Part shown: piece after piece, positions 18,622 to 29,147 of the stretch
Layout of the letters: the number at the start of each line of letters is the position of its first letter
Position numbering within the stretch: position 1 is the first letter of the stretch
Assembly (NCBI GenBank): GCA_036311245.1
Contig: JAXJQH010000122.1
Coordinates: 1 to 52,634, forward strand
Length of the DNA: 52,634 bases
Direction of reading: 5' to 3'
Source of the DNA: Oscillospiraceae bacterium
GTDB lineage: Bacteria; Bacillota; Clostridia; Oscillospirales; Ruminococcaceae
Program-made: the position numbers and the translations under genes
The notes under the pieces: generated by a model
The model's input: only the letters and a program-made list of their open reading frames with translations
Told to the model about the DNA's origin: nothing
Databases searched by the model: none

Positions 18622-19350
18622 TTAGATAACGGGAGTGTTTTCGAGGGAGATTATGTTGTCACTCTCATCGGCAAAAGCGACAAGGTCATCGACATTTTCC
18701 TTTTTGGAAAATGTCATAGTTATCTGCAGGGCGGTTTTGCCGTTTTCTTTTTTGGTTATTCCCTCATAGGAAACCTTTGCATTTCTCTCTGCCATTAAAG
18801 CCTCAAATTCACGGCGGAACTGCGCTGAGTCCTTAACTGTTACGATAACTGCGACAGTTCTGATTGAATCCTTGCCGATAGTAATACGGTGCATTACAAG
18901 CTGCGAAACAATAATGAGCGCCGTTACAAAAATACCCTCAAAATACATTCCCGCGCCTATCGCAATTCCTATGCCCGAGGTTGCCCAGATGCCTGCGGCT
19001 GTTGTAAGTCCTCTGACGGATGAACCGAGCTTAAAGATAACTCCCGCTCCGAGAAAGCTGATTCCAGTTATGACCTGCGAGGCTATTCGCGAGGCATCTG
19101 CGCCGCTTGTTCCCGCGAAATATCCGCCTGTAGCGGTTTGCAAATCGGCAAAGCCATACTTGGAAACTATCATCATAAGGGTTGAGGCAGCGGCAACAAG
19201 AATATGTGTTCTGATTCCCGCCTCTTTAAACCTTCGGGTGCGCTCAAAGCCAATTAGTGCTCCACACAAGCTGGCTACAACTATTCTTAGAAAAAATTCA
19301 AGCTCTTGCGTTATTGTAACCTTGGATAAAAACAGGTCGAAAAAGGTCAC
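18622..19350 (-). CDS. MgtC/SapB family membrane protein
   Basis: 242 aa with the family signature LCGALIGFERTRRFKEAGIRTH, 4-5 TM helices and a soluble C-terminal domain. GTG start preceded by AAGGAG. Confidence 0.85.
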   Translation of the reverse strand: MTFFDLFLSKVTITQELEFFLRIVVASLCGALIGFERTRRFKEAGIRTHILVAAASTLMMIVSKYGFADLQTATGGYFAGTSGADASRIASQVITGISFLGAGVIFKLGSSVRGLTTAAGIWATSGIGIAIGAGMYFEGIFVTALIIVSQLVMHRITIGKDSIRTVAVIVTVKDSAQFRREFEALMAERNAKVSYEGITKKENGKTALQITMTFSKKENVDDLVAFADESDNIISLENTPVI

Positions 19351-19593
19351 AAAAAACCACTCCTTTTATTCTTTTATAAAGAAAAAGTCGCCCGCTTTTA
19401 TTTTTGCGGGTGGCATACCGTTGACTTTTTCTTTTTATCATTTTACAAGACATTATAATAAGTATTACTCATAATATCAAATTATTAGTATGACGCACAA
19501 TAAATATAGTTTACAGCAGTAATTTCAAAAAATTCGAGCTACTGCGAAATATTATTTCAACATATGAAGATTCTGTTCGTAACTATGCATAAA

Positions 19594-19626
19594 AGAGGAC
19601 AGTCGGAAGCTTTCCGACTGTCCTCT
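19594..19626 (-). terminator. intrinsic terminator after the PPIase gene
   Basis: 13-bp stem AGAGGACAGTCGG-AAGCTTT-CCGACTGTCCTCT, 6 nt after the stop at 19632, followed by a U-run on the minus strand. Confidence 0.85.
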
Positions 19627-19631
19627 TATTT

Positions 19632-21188
19632 TTAGTTGGTTGTGCTTGCAGCTGAATTTTTTATCTTAATTGTAGGAATATCTTTGAGTATACCCTCATT
19701 GAGCTCAACAGTGTAGGTTTCCTCGAGCTTTTTGTAAATCGCCTCATATGCAGAGTCTTTAAGCACCTGAATAACGGTGTTTTTCCAGACGGGGTTACCC
19801 TCACTGACAAAATACATTATATGATAACCGTAATCGGTTTTAACTATGCCTGTGTCGCCCGCTTTTCTCGCCTCGTCAAAGGACCAGTTTTCAAAGGGCT
19901 CTACCATTGTTCCCTTTGTAAAATTCTCGTAGAGTCCCCCTGTTGAAGCAGAACCGGAGTCCTCGGTATATTTCTCGGCGAGCTTTCCAAAGCTTTCGGC
20001 AGTTTTGTCGCCCTTGTTGTATTCATCAAGGACCTCCTGCGCCTTTGCCTTTGCCTCTTCGTCACTCTCATAGGAGTCCGAAGAAATCAGAATGTGACGG
20101 ACACTTCGGGTCTCACTCTCGTCACGGTAAGGCTTCTTTGTTAGCATATAGACAGCGCGGCTGTTACCGCTGGGATAAATATAAGTGGAATTAACCTTTG
20201 CTTCGGCATCATATGCCCAAACCGAAACATCAAATTCCTCATCATAGGTGTTGCCGACAATGGAGGAGTTTTCAATAGCGTTCTCAATGTTAGTGTCGGT
20301 GACTCCGCGCTCCTTTAGTATCTCCTTAAGGATACTGTCAAAGCTCTCGGGAGAGGTAGCTTTGGAAAGGCGCTCTGCATAATCCTTGACCCTCTGATAC
20401 TCTGCCTTGGTCTCGTCCTCGCTCATATCTTCGGTAACATTTGGGGCAAAGTTATAGTATTTATAGTCAACCATCTGGAAATCGACGCTGTTGCCCTCAA
20501 AATATTCATTTACCTCATCATCGGTGTAGGTAAGGGTATCAATTTTTTCGCTGTAATACTTAGTTGCAAGAGTTGAGATTTTAAGTCCTTTGCGGATATC
20601 CTCTTCATTTACACCCTGTCCGTAAGCAGTGTGAATATATTCTGTTACATCCAAATCGGACTCTTTGGCATACTTTTCTAAATCGGTAATAAAATCGTCA
20701 ATTTGCTTAAGCTCGCTCTCACTGAGCTTCATACCCTCGCTTGTAGCTTTTTCTGCAAGATAAAGAATCTTGGTAAGGTTAGCCTTGGTGCTCTGCGCCA
20801 TATAGTCAAACCAGTTCTGTCCGTCAGAGGACTCCTGCTGGCGCAAATCAACCTCGGGGTCAAGCCCGTAGCTCGAAAGACGGTCTGAATAGTTGTTTAC
20901 AAAGTCGGTATACTGATAATTTAAGAAATAGGTAAAGGTTGTTCCGCTGATTTCAAAGTTGTCAGATTTTATAGCCACCTTATTTCTTAAAAGACTTCCG
21001 TTAGTCTTGGCGGCATTTAAGAAAATTACAGTTCCGATAAAAACTGCACAAAGCAAAACCGATACCGCCGCTACCACAATATTTGTGATAGTTTTCTTCT
21101 TTTTCTGCCGCAAAAGCATTTCCTGCTCCTGCCTTTTAATCTCCTCAACAGCCTGTCTTGCGCTTCTTGCGCGAGATGCCTTTCCCAT
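19632..21188 (-). CDS. membrane-anchored parvulin-type peptidylprolyl isomerase (PrsA/SurA-like)
   Basis: 518 aa with an N-terminal TM anchor and a C-terminal PPIC domain (VRHILISS...GGLYENFTKGTMVEPFE...TDYGYHIMYF). Confidence 0.8.
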   Translation of the reverse strand: MGKASRARSARQAVEEIKRQEQEMLLRQKKKKTITNIVVAAVSVLLCAVFIGTVIFLNAAKTNGSLLRNKVAIKSDNFEISGTTFTYFLNYQYTDFVNNYSDRLSSYGLDPEVDLRQQESSDGQNWFDYMAQSTKANLTKILYLAEKATSEGMKLSESELKQIDDFITDLEKYAKESDLDVTEYIHTAYGQGVNEEDIRKGLKISTLATKYYSEKIDTLTYTDDEVNEYFEGNSVDFQMVDYKYYNFAPNVTEDMSEDETKAEYQRVKDYAERLSKATSPESFDSILKEILKERGVTDTNIENAIENSSIVGNTYDEEFDVSVWAYDAEAKVNSTYIYPSGNSRAVYMLTKKPYRDESETRSVRHILISSDSYESDEEAKAKAQEVLDEYNKGDKTAESFGKLAEKYTEDSGSASTGGLYENFTKGTMVEPFENWSFDEARKAGDTGIVKTDYGYHIMYFVSEGNPVWKNTVIQVLKDSAYEAIYKKLEETYTVELNEGILKDIPTIKIKNSAASTTN

Positions 21189-21269
21189 TTATAAAACATC
21201 CTTCCGTTTTTTATTAGGCGCTTTTATTTTACAGGATTTTTCGCTTTTATATGTTACGCATTTGTAAAT

Positions 21270-22664
21270 TTAAGCTCTGTGCCATTTTACGCCTTGAGGG
21301 GTATCCTCTAAGATAATTCCCTGAGCCTTTAGCTCATCGCGAATAGCATCGGCTCTCTGAAAATCGCGGTTCTTTCTTGCCTGCTGGCGCTCTTCAATCA
21401 GCGCCTCTATCTCGCTGTCAAGATTATTGTCTGTCTTTCTCTCATAGAGAAGTCCCAGAACAGAAACGAGCTGTTCGAAAAGCTCGCTTGCGGCGGTGAC
21501 ATACTCTTTGGAAGCCTCTTTGCCGACAACATTTGCGTTTATCTCGCGAACTAAATCAAAGATTGCGGCAAGTCCGTCTGCGGTGTTAAAGTCGTCATCC
21601 ATAGCCTCTCTGAACTGAGCCTCAAATGCTGAGAGCTTTTCTATCTGCGCACTGTCAGCGGCTGCATCGACTGCATGTTGCGCGGCATATGCAAGGTTTT
21701 CGCGGCAGTTATAAAGACGGTCAAGCGACGCCTTTGCCTGCTCAATAATCTCGGTGCTGTAGTTAATGGGGCTTCTGTAATGCGAAGCGACCATTATATA
21801 GCGAATGACCTCGTATCCATATTTCTCTCCGATTTCTCTTGCGGTAAAGAAATTGCCGAGCGACTTGGACATTTTGCGGTTGTCGATATTGATATATCCG
21901 TTGTGCATCCAATAGCGGGAGAAGCAGGCACCGTTTGCGCACTCGCTCTGCGCAATCTCATTTTCGTGGTGTGGGAAGATAAGGTCCTGACCGCCGCAAT
22001 GTAGGTCAATGGTTTCGCCTAAGATACTCTTTGCCATAGCCGAGCACTCAATATGCCAACCGGGTCTGCCCTTGCCCCAAGGGGACTCCCAGAAAGGCTC
22101 GCCCTCTTTGGCGGCTTTCCAGAGCGCAAAATCCATAGGGTCTTCCTTCTGCTCGCTTATGTTTATTCTTGCGCCCGCCTCAAGCTCCTCAAGAGGCATA
22201 TGGGAAAGCTTTCCGTATTCCCTGAATTTTTTGGTGCGGAAATAAACATCTCCGCAGGATTCATATGCGTAGCCCTTTTCGCAGAGCGAGGAGATAAGCG
22301 CAATGATGTTTTCTATATTCTCGGTGGCTCTTGGGTGAACGGTTGCGGGGCGGACATTAAGACCCTCTGCATCCCTTTTATACTCAGCAATATATTTTTC
22401 AGCCAGCGCCGCAACGGTGGTTTCTTCCTCTTTTGCGCGGTTTATGAGCTTGTCGTCAATATCAGTAAAGTTCTGAACAAAGTTTACCTTATAGCCGATA
22501 TACTCAAAATAGCGGCGCAGTGTGTCAAAAACACACAGCGGGCGGGTGTTGCCGATGTGGATGTAGTTATAAACGGTAGGTCCGCAGACATACATATTTA
22601 CCTCGCCCTCGCGAAGGGGGACGAACTCATCTTTAGTTCCTGTAAGGGTGTTTAAAATTTTCAT
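21270..22664 (-). CDS. cysS: cysteine--tRNA ligase
   Basis: 464 aa with a class I HIGH motif (HIGN) and KMSKS. Confidence 0.96.
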   Translation of the reverse strand: MKILNTLTGTKDEFVPLREGEVNMYVCGPTVYNYIHIGNTRPLCVFDTLRRYFEYIGYKVNFVQNFTDIDDKLINRAKEEETTVAALAEKYIAEYKRDAEGLNVRPATVHPRATENIENIIALISSLCEKGYAYESCGDVYFRTKKFREYGKLSHMPLEELEAGARINISEQKEDPMDFALWKAAKEGEPFWESPWGKGRPGWHIECSAMAKSILGETIDLHCGGQDLIFPHHENEIAQSECANGACFSRYWMHNGYINIDNRKMSKSLGNFFTAREIGEKYGYEVIRYIMVASHYRSPINYSTEIIEQAKASLDRLYNCRENLAYAAQHAVDAAADSAQIEKLSAFEAQFREAMDDDFNTADGLAAIFDLVREINANVVGKEASKEYVTAASELFEQLVSVLGLLYERKTDNNLDSEIEALIEERQQARKNRDFQRADAIRDELKAQGIILEDTPQGVKWHRA

Positions 22665-23326
22665 TGGTTTTTCTCCTTTTCTTTTAGCTCCGAAAGCTCA
22701 TTTTTAAGTGCATCTATCTGCTCGCGCAGGCGGGCAAATTCCTGAGAAACGGGGTCGGGAATGTGAACCTGATCAAGGTCCTGCTTTTGTTTTCCCGCCT
22801 CATCTTTTCTGACAACAGCCTTTGCGGGAACGCCGACAGCAGTTGCGCCGGGGGCGACCTCGCTGAGAACTACCGCGCCCGCGGCAATTTTCGCTCCGTC
22901 ACCTACCGTAAACGGCCCTAAAACCTTGGCTCCGCTGCCGACCATAACATTATTTCCAAGTGTGGGGTGGCGCTTGCCCTTATCCTTTCCCGTTCCGCCG
23001 AGAGTAGCTCCCTGATAAATAGTGCAATCGTCGCCGATGACGGTGGTTTCTCCTATTATAACCCCCATACCGTGGTCGATAAATAGGCCTTTTCCTATTG
23101 TTGCGCCGGGGTGTATCTCAATGCCTGTAAGGTGGCGGGAGCACTGAGAGATAAGGCGCGCCGTGAAAAACATTTTATGTCTGTAAAAAAAGTTTGCCCA
23201 GCGGTGGTAGATTACCGCGTGCAGTCCCGAATATAAAAGCAGCACCTCAAGGCTGTTTCTCGCCGCAGGGTCGCGCTCGCGAATGGCTCTTATATCATAT
23301 CTTAGCCTATCAAACAATTTTTTCAC
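22661..23326 (-). CDS. cysE: serine O-acetyltransferase
   Basis: 221 aa of hexapeptide-repeat left-handed beta-helix ([11 protein letters not shown]...GGTGK). It overlaps cysS by 4 nt. The start could be TTG 23314 rather than GTG 23326 (GAGG lies 8 nt upstream of the TTG). Confidence 0.9.
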   Translation of the reverse strand: MKKLFDRLRYDIRAIRERDPAARNSLEVLLLYSGLHAVIYHRWANFFYRHKMFFTARLISQCSRHLTGIEIHPGATIGKGLFIDHGMGVIIGETTVIGDDCTIYQGATLGGTGKDKGKRHPTLGNNVMVGSGAKVLGPFTVGDGAKIAAGAVVLSEVAPGATAVGVPAKAVVRKDEAGKQKQDLDQVHIPDPVSQEFARLREQIDALKNELSELKEKEKNQ

Positions 23327-23334
23327 CTCAAAAT

Positions 23335-23609
23335 AAAAAAATCCCGAAAGCGTGCACTACGCTTCCGGGGCGGCTAATACTGGCCGCGGTTCCACTCGGG
23401 TTTATCACTTTGCAGACACACTTACACATCTGCTACCCCTATAACGGAGGGCTATCCCGCACAGCGCTACACACAGACTAAAGCTTCACGCCGCAGGCTC
23501 ATCGGGGGCACTTCGCAAAGGTTCTTTCTCTGCAGCCCTCGCACCAAACGGGCAGCTCTCTTAAGAGAAATCCGACCTGCTACTCTTCCCAATCATTGCC
23601 TTTTCATTT
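23335..23609 (-). promoter_or_regulatory. T-box leader (probably Cys-specific) controlling cysE-cysS
   Basis: Minus strand reads AAACCCGAGTGGAACCGCGG (T-box, 23403..23384). This is followed by the terminator CCCGGAAGCG-TAGTGCA-CGCTTTCGGG plus U7 (23369..23337). Stem I elements AGAGA and GGTGCGA are present. A UGC triplet followed by a purine (23517..23515) lies where the specifier loop is expected. Confidence 0.8.
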
Positions 23610-23615
23610 TTATCT

Positions 23616-23644
23616 ATCTTAACATATCTTTTTGTTTTTTGCAA
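23616..23644 (-). promoter_or_regulatory. sigma-A-type promoter for the cysES T-box leader
   Basis: Minus strand reads TTGCAA, 17 nt, TAAGAT. Confidence 0.5.
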
Positions 23645-23746
23645 CCTTTAAGGATATATTATGTAAAAAATTTTTATTTTGCTATTTACTTAATTGTAAA
23701 ATTGTAGTAAAATTAACTTGTATGTTATCTATTACAGAAAGGGGCA

Positions 23747-24937
23747 ATGAAAATGCCTGAGAAAATGACTATTTCTGAAGAGAGCCTTCAGCTCCACTAT
23801 GAGAAAAAGGGTAAGATTGAGGTCTGCTCGCGCGTTAGCGCAAAAAACAGTCACGACCTTTCGCTTGCCTACACCCCCGGAGTTGCTACTCCCTGCCTTG
23901 AAATTCAGAAGGATGTAAACAAATCCTATGAGCTTACCCGCAGAAGCAACCTCTGCCTTGTTGTTACCGACGGAACTGCTGTTTTAGGACTTGGCGACAT
24001 CGGTCCTGAGGCTGGTATGCCCGTTATGGAAGGCAAGTGCGTTCTCTTTAAAGAGTTTGGCGGAGTTGACGCATTCCCTCTCTGCATTAAATCCAAGGAT
24101 GTTGACGAGATTGTTAACACCATCTATCTCATTTCAGGCTCTTTCGGCGGAATTAACCTTGAGGATATTGCCGCTCCCCGCTGCTTTGAGATAGAGCGCA
24201 AGCTCAAAGAGAAATGTGACATTCCCATCTTCCACGATGACCAGCACGGTACTGCCGTTGTTGTTCTTGCCGCTCTCTTAAATGCGCTGCGCGTTGTTAA
24301 AAAGAATATCAGTGAAATCAAGCTTGTATTAAACGGCGCAGGAGCTGCAGGCATTTCAATCGCCCGCCTGCTCATTTCATCGGGTGTTAAAAACATTATT
24401 CTCTGCGATAAAATCGGAGCTATTTACGAGGGTGTAGAGGGCGTAAACGAGGCTCAGGCAGAGATGGCAAAAATCTCCAACCCCAACAATGAAAAGGGTT
24501 CGCTTAAAGATGTTATTAAGGATGCTGACGTATTTATCGGCGTTTCCGCCCCCAATCTGGTTTCTGAGGAAATGGTAAAGAGCATGGCTGAAAATCCCAT
24601 CGTCTTTGCTATGGCAAACCCCACCCCCGAAATTATGCCCGATGTTGCTAAGAAGGGCGGCGCGGCAGTTGTGGGAACAGGCCGCAGCGACTATCCTAAC
24701 CAGATAAACAATGTTCTTGTATTCCCCGGCATCTTCCGCGGCGCTTTTGATGTTCGCGCAAGCGATATCAACGAGGAAATGAAGCTTGCCGCCGCTTATG
24801 CTATTTCAGGTCTTATATCTGATGATGACCTAAATAGCGAGTACATTCTGCCCGCGGCTTTTGATGAGCGCGTTGGCCCTGCTGTCGCAAAGGCAGTCTC
24901 GGAAGCCGCCCGCAAATCAGGCGTTGCCCGCATCTAA
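23747..24937 (+). CDS. NAD(P)-dependent malic enzyme (short form)
   Basis: 396 aa with LAYTPGVA, VVTDGTAVLGLGDIG and GINLEDI motifs plus a Rossmann GAGAAG. RBS GAAAGGGG. Confidence 0.9.
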   Translation: MKMPEKMTISEESLQLHYEKKGKIEVCSRVSAKNSHDLSLAYTPGVATPCLEIQKDVNKSYELTRRSNLCLVVTDGTAVLGLGDIGPEAGMPVMEGKCVLFKEFGGVDAFPLCIKSKDVDEIVNTIYLISGSFGGINLEDIAAPRCFEIERKLKEKCDIPIFHDDQHGTAVVVLAALLNALRVVKKNISEIKLVLNGAGAAGISIARLLISSGVKNIILCDKIGAIYEGVEGVNEAQAEMAKISNPNNEKGSLKDVIKDADVFIGVSAPNLVSEEMVKSMAENPIVFAMANPTPEIMPDVAKKGGAAVVGTGRSDYPNQINNVLVFPGIFRGAFDVRASDINEEMKLAAAYAISGLISDDDLNSEYILPAAFDERVGPAVAKAVSEAARKSGVARI

Positions 24938-24955
24938 GCTTTGTTTAAAATTAAA

Positions 24956-24985
24956 ACGCCGACAGGTTTCAAAACCTGTCGGCGT
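24956..24985. terminator. bidirectional terminator between the malic enzyme gene and argS
   Basis: 13-bp stem ACGCCGACAGGTT-TCAA-AACCTGTCGGCGT with A/T runs on both sides. Confidence 0.85.
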
Positions 24986-24992
24986 TTATTTT

Positions 24993-26741
24993 TTACATGC
25001 TCTCGGGAACAGAAATTCCAAACATAGTGAGAACATTTTTAAGAACGGTCTTAACAGAGAGGCAGAGAGCAATTCTCGCCTGCATAAGCGGCTCATTTTC
25101 AGGTAGCTTTACGCGGTTTGCATTATAGAACTTGTGGAATTTGGTTGCAAGATCTATGACATAGCGGGTAATTCTCGCTGGGTCATAAGATTTTGCGGCA
25201 ACAATTATCTCCTCGGGGAGCTTTGCGATGTGAGAGATAAGCTCCTTTTCCTCAGAAGCGGTCAGCATACATAATTCCTCGGGTGTCGTGCCCCTTACCG
25301 AGATACCGTCTGCCTCAAGAGATTTTAGAATAGAGCAAATTCTCGCGTGAGCATACTGCACATAGTAAACGGGGTTTTGGGAATTTTGCGAAACCGCAAG
25401 GTCCAAATCAAAATCAAGGTGAGAGGCAGGCTCGCGCAGGTTAAAGAACAGACGCGCCGCGTCTACATCTACCTCGCAAAGCAGGTCTGCAAGTGTTATG
25501 GACTTGCCGGTTCTTTTACTGACCTTTACAACCTCACCGTCACGCATAAGCTTTACAAGCTGCATAAGCACGATGTGAAGGCGGCTGCCATCTAAGCCTA
25601 CCGCATCCATAGCGCCGCAAAGGCGGGCAACGTGACCGTGATGGTCGGCACCCCAGACATTTATTACGCGGTTAAAGCCGCGCTGCGCAAATTTATTGTA
25701 ATGATATGCAATATCGGCGGCAAAATAGGTGGGATTTCCGTTGGCACGGATTAAAACCTCATCCTTAAGCTCTAATTTTTCAATTTCCTTTTCACTCTTG
25801 CCCTGTGCGCGGTATTTTTCAGCCATAAACTCGGCATTTTTATACCAGAGTGCGCCCTCTTTTTCATAGGTGAGTCCCTTATCGGTTAAAATTCCGATAA
25901 CCTTTTTGACAAGACCGCTGTTGTGAAGCTCACTTTCGTGAAACCACACATCATAGTTAATGCGGTACTTTTCAAGGTCACTCTTAAGTGCCGCGATATT
26001 TTTAGGGAGCGCAAACTTTGTGAGTGCCGCTCTTCTCTCAGAGCTTTCGGCACTTACAAATTTGTCGCCGAATTCTTTTGCAAACTCCTCGGCTCTTTCC
26101 TTAATATCAGCGCCGTGATATGCGTCCTCGGGAAGCTCGACAGCATCCTCGCCCAAGAAGTGCTGCAGATAGCGCACCTCTAAGGAAAGGGCAAATTTAT
26201 CTATCTGATTTCCCGCATCGTTGATGTAAAACTCGCGGGTAACATCGTGGCCCGACCAGGAGAGAACTGCCGCAAGGCAGTCACCCAATGCGCCGCCGCG
26301 CGCATTTCCTATATGCATAGGCCCTGTGGGGTTTGCCGAAACAAACTCTACCATAACCTTTTCGCCCGCGCCAAAATCGGTGCGACCGTAAGAGTCGCCC
26401 TCAAAAAGCACCGATGAAATAACCTCAGATGCAAAGCTCTCTGAGAGAAAGAAGTTTATAAACCCTGGGCCTGCAACCTCACAGCGGCAAAAGAGGGTTT
26501 TAGAAAGGTCAATATTTTTAATGAGCGCGTCGGCAATATTGCGGGGGCTTGTCCTCATATTTTTAGCCGACACCATTGCCGCATTGGCGGCAAAGTCGCC
26601 GTGTGAGGGGTCATTTGTAATTTCAACAGCAAATGGTGAAAGCTCGCTCGCTGCAAGCTCACCTTTTTCGAAGGCTGCGGCAGCAGCGCTACTCAGCACC
26701 TTTTCTATTTGTTCTTTTGCGATTGCAATATAATTTGCCAT
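24993..26741 (-). CDS. argS: arginine--tRNA ligase
   Basis: 582 aa with the HIGH-type motif PTGPMHIGNARG, an N-terminal Arg_tRNA_synt_N domain and a C-terminal DALR domain. Confidence 0.95.
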   Translation of the reverse strand: MANYIAIAKEQIEKVLSSAAAAAFEKGELAASELSPFAVEITNDPSHGDFAANAAMVSAKNMRTSPRNIADALIKNIDLSKTLFCRCEVAGPGFINFFLSESFASEVISSVLFEGDSYGRTDFGAGEKVMVEFVSANPTGPMHIGNARGGALGDCLAAVLSWSGHDVTREFYINDAGNQIDKFALSLEVRYLQHFLGEDAVELPEDAYHGADIKERAEEFAKEFGDKFVSAESSERRAALTKFALPKNIAALKSDLEKYRINYDVWFHESELHNSGLVKKVIGILTDKGLTYEKEGALWYKNAEFMAEKYRAQGKSEKEIEKLELKDEVLIRANGNPTYFAADIAYHYNKFAQRGFNRVINVWGADHHGHVARLCGAMDAVGLDGSRLHIVLMQLVKLMRDGEVVKVSKRTGKSITLADLLCEVDVDAARLFFNLREPASHLDFDLDLAVSQNSQNPVYYVQYAHARICSILKSLEADGISVRGTTPEELCMLTASEEKELISHIAKLPEEIIVAAKSYDPARITRYVIDLATKFHKFYNANRVKLPENEPLMQARIALCLSVKTVLKNVLTMFGISVPESM

Positions 26742-27172
26742 CAGTTTGTACTCTCCCTTATCTTGATAAACATCTGATTTTTTGAAACCAGTTCGGTATT
26801 GACATCAAGCTCATAGCTAAAGCTAAGCTCTCCAAATCCTCGGCTATCCAGCCGATTTTTTATGTTTGCGCAGGTAACGCCCAACATAATTACTCCATAC
26901 GGCGTTAAATAGCTGCAAAGATTTCTTTTACCTCTCTCAATAAGCAGCTGCGAAGCCGCGCCACCCGAGCGGCTGACACTCACCCTATCCTCGCCCTCGA
27001 CGCGAATAAGAACGGTGCTGCCGTTATACCCGCTTTGCTCGGTTTCCTTATAGCTCAAAAAAACAGACAGCTCCTTACAAAGCAGCTTGCCACGGGTGGT
27101 TATCTCAATTTCTTGCTGCTCTCCGTTTGCATCTATAAGACTTTTAAGCTCTAATAAAACTTCCCTTTTCAT
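26741..27172 (-). CDS. DUF1934 domain protein (YwiB-like)
   Basis: 143 aa, abutting the argS start. This small beta-barrel family typically sits there in Firmicutes. Confidence 0.7.
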   Translation of the reverse strand: MKREVLLELKSLIDANGEQQEIEITTRGKLLCKELSVFLSYKETEQSGYNGSTVLIRVEGEDRVSVSRSGGAASQLLIERGKRNLCSYLTPYGVIMLGVTCANIKNRLDSRGFGELSFSYELDVNTELVSKNQMFIKIRESTN

Positions 27173-27186
27173 TTATATCTCCGTTT

Positions 27187-27981
27187 TTAAAAGACAGCCT
27201 TTTTTGCATTTGTAATGGGGAAACCTAAGAATTTTTCACCGTTTTTAACAAAGCTGTCTACATCTCCGCTGACATAAAATTCACTCTCAGAGGCTTTTTC
27301 TGACAGCATATCTCTCTCTTGAAGTACGCGGGCTATCTGCTCGCCGCCCTCAGCACCTGCATTTACAAGCTTAGCCTCAGGAAAAAACTCTTTTATGGCA
27401 TCTGTAAGAAACGGATAATGTGTGCAACCCAAAATAATGGTGTCAACACCCGCCTGTTTAAGCGGGGCAACATATTCCTCCACCGCTGCCTTTACATAAA
27501 AGTCCTCTGGTTCTGTCCTGCCGCTCTCAACAAGCGGCACAAACTTGGGGCAGCCTACAGAAATAACCTCTGCCTCTGGCATAAGCTCGCCTATAAACCT
27601 TATGTATCCGCCTATTCGTACAGTCGCTGCAGTTGCAAGAATGCCAATTTTCTTGTTTTTTGTAAGCCTTACTGCCGCGGCAGATGCGGGATACAGCACC
27701 CCCTCAACAGGAACAGATGTCCCCTCAAAATCCACTTTTGAAATAGATGAGGTGGCAGTTGCACAGGCAATAAGAATAGCCTTTACATCCTTTTTGAGAA
27801 GAAAATTTATATCGTCACGGATATATTTGCGAATTATATCATTGCTTTTATCTCCGTAGGGAACACGCAGAGTGTCACCTAAGTAAACAAGTGTTTCGTT
27901 TGGCAGAATTTCACGAAGTCTTCTTACGGCAGTAAGTCCGCCAAGTCCCGAATCAAAAACCCCAATAGGTCTGTTATCCAA
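27187..27981 (-). CDS. murI: glutamate racemase
   Basis: IGVFDSGLGGLT and ILGCTHYP motifs. Start set at TTG 27981 (GGAGGGAAAG 8 nt upstream). The track ORF starts at TTG 28026, which would overlap ddl by 23 nt. Confidence 0.9.
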   Translation of the reverse strand: MDNRPIGVFDSGLGGLTAVRRLREILPNETLVYLGDTLRVPYGDKSNDIIRKYIRDDINFLLKKDVKAILIACATATSSISKVDFEGTSVPVEGVLYPASAAAVRLTKNKKIGILATAATVRIGGYIRFIGELMPEAEVISVGCPKFVPLVESGRTEPEDFYVKAAVEEYVAPLKQAGVDTIILGCTHYPFLTDAIKEFFPEAKLVNAGAEGGEQIARVLQERDMLSEKASESEFYVSGDVDSFVKNGEKFLGFPITNAKKAVF

Positions 27982-28003
27982 AACCTTTCCCTCCAAGCCG
28001 CCT

Positions 28004-29050
28004 TTATTTAAGGGCAGCAGTTTCAATGAGCTTATCTATAAGCTCGCTGTATTTTATTCCCGAAGCCTCAAAAAGCTTAGGATACATACTGATGGAAGTA
28101 AAGCCGGGGAGATTGTTTATTTCGTTGAGCACTATCTCTCCGCTCTTCAGTGCAAAAAAGTCCACGCGCGAAAGCCCCGCACAGTCCATAGTCTTATAGG
28201 CGCGAACCGCCTCTTTTCTTATCTTCTCAGAAATATCCTCGGGTAGGTGCGCGGGAATATTGAGTGCGGTTGTGCCGTTTACATACTTGGCATCAAAATC
28301 ATAAAATCCGTCAACAGGAACGATTTCTCCAATATAATCGGCGGCTATCGGCTCTTCGTTTCCAAGCACTGCGCACTCGACCTCTGCGCCGACAATGCAC
28401 TCTTCAACAAGCACCTTTTCATCGACCTCAAAAGCGGTTTCAAGCGCCTTCATAAGCGCATTTACATTTTCTGCCTTGCCTACTCCGACAGACGAGCCTG
28501 CATTGGCAGGCTTTACAAAAACAGGGTAGCCAAAACTTTTTTCTATCTCGTCAGCCAGCTTTTCTATATCGCAGCCAACCCTCACAGTTATATAGCGGGC
28601 GGTGCGAATTCCCGCCGCATCAAGGCGAATGTGGGTAACCTCTTTATCCATACAAGAGGCAGAAGCAAGGGTGCCGCTTCCCACATAGGGAACACCGCTC
28701 ATTTTAAAGACACCCTGAATAACACCGTCCTCGCCGTTTTCACCGTGCAGCACGGGGAAAAAAACATCAACCGGTATTAGCTCAAAGCCGCTTTCAGTTT
28801 CCCTTAAAATGCCCTTATATTTAGGGTCGGGCGGGATTATTGCGGGAGCAAGTCCTTTAAGGCTTTTCCACTGTCCGTTTGGCAGGTTTCCGCTCTCTTT
28901 TGTGTGGAAAAAGCTTCCGTTTTGGTCAATTATAAGAGTGTGAACATTATACTTCTCACGATTGATATTAAAAAGCACCGACTGCGCCGACATAAGCGAA
29001 ATCTCGTGCTCGTGCGACCTACCGCCGCACACTATACAAACATTTTTCAA
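28004..29050 (-). CDS. ddl: D-alanine--D-alanine ligase
   Basis: Begins CIVCGGRSHEHEISL, followed by an ATP-grasp domain and C-terminal NEINNLPGFT. Start set at TTG 29050 (GGAGGGGA upstream); the track ORF starts at GTG 29065. Confidence 0.93.
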   Translation of the reverse strand: MKNVCIVCGGRSHEHEISLMSAQSVLFNINREKYNVHTLIIDQNGSFFHTKESGNLPNGQWKSLKGLAPAIIPPDPKYKGILRETESGFELIPVDVFFPVLHGENGEDGVIQGVFKMSGVPYVGSGTLASASCMDKEVTHIRLDAAGIRTARYITVRVGCDIEKLADEIEKSFGYPVFVKPANAGSSVGVGKAENVNALMKALETAFEVDEKVLVEECIVGAEVECAVLGNEEPIAADYIGEIVPVDGFYDFDAKYVNGTTALNIPAHLPEDISEKIRKEAVRAYKTMDCAGLSRVDFFALKSGEIVLNEINNLPGFTSISMYPKLFEASGIKYSELIDKLIETAALK

Positions 29051-29147
29051 AACTATCCCCTCCACGGGTTATTATATGCCGCCTTGTGCGGCGTAATGTC
29101 CAATAGAAAAGTATACCACACTTAGAACGCTGCCGCAACCATATTTT

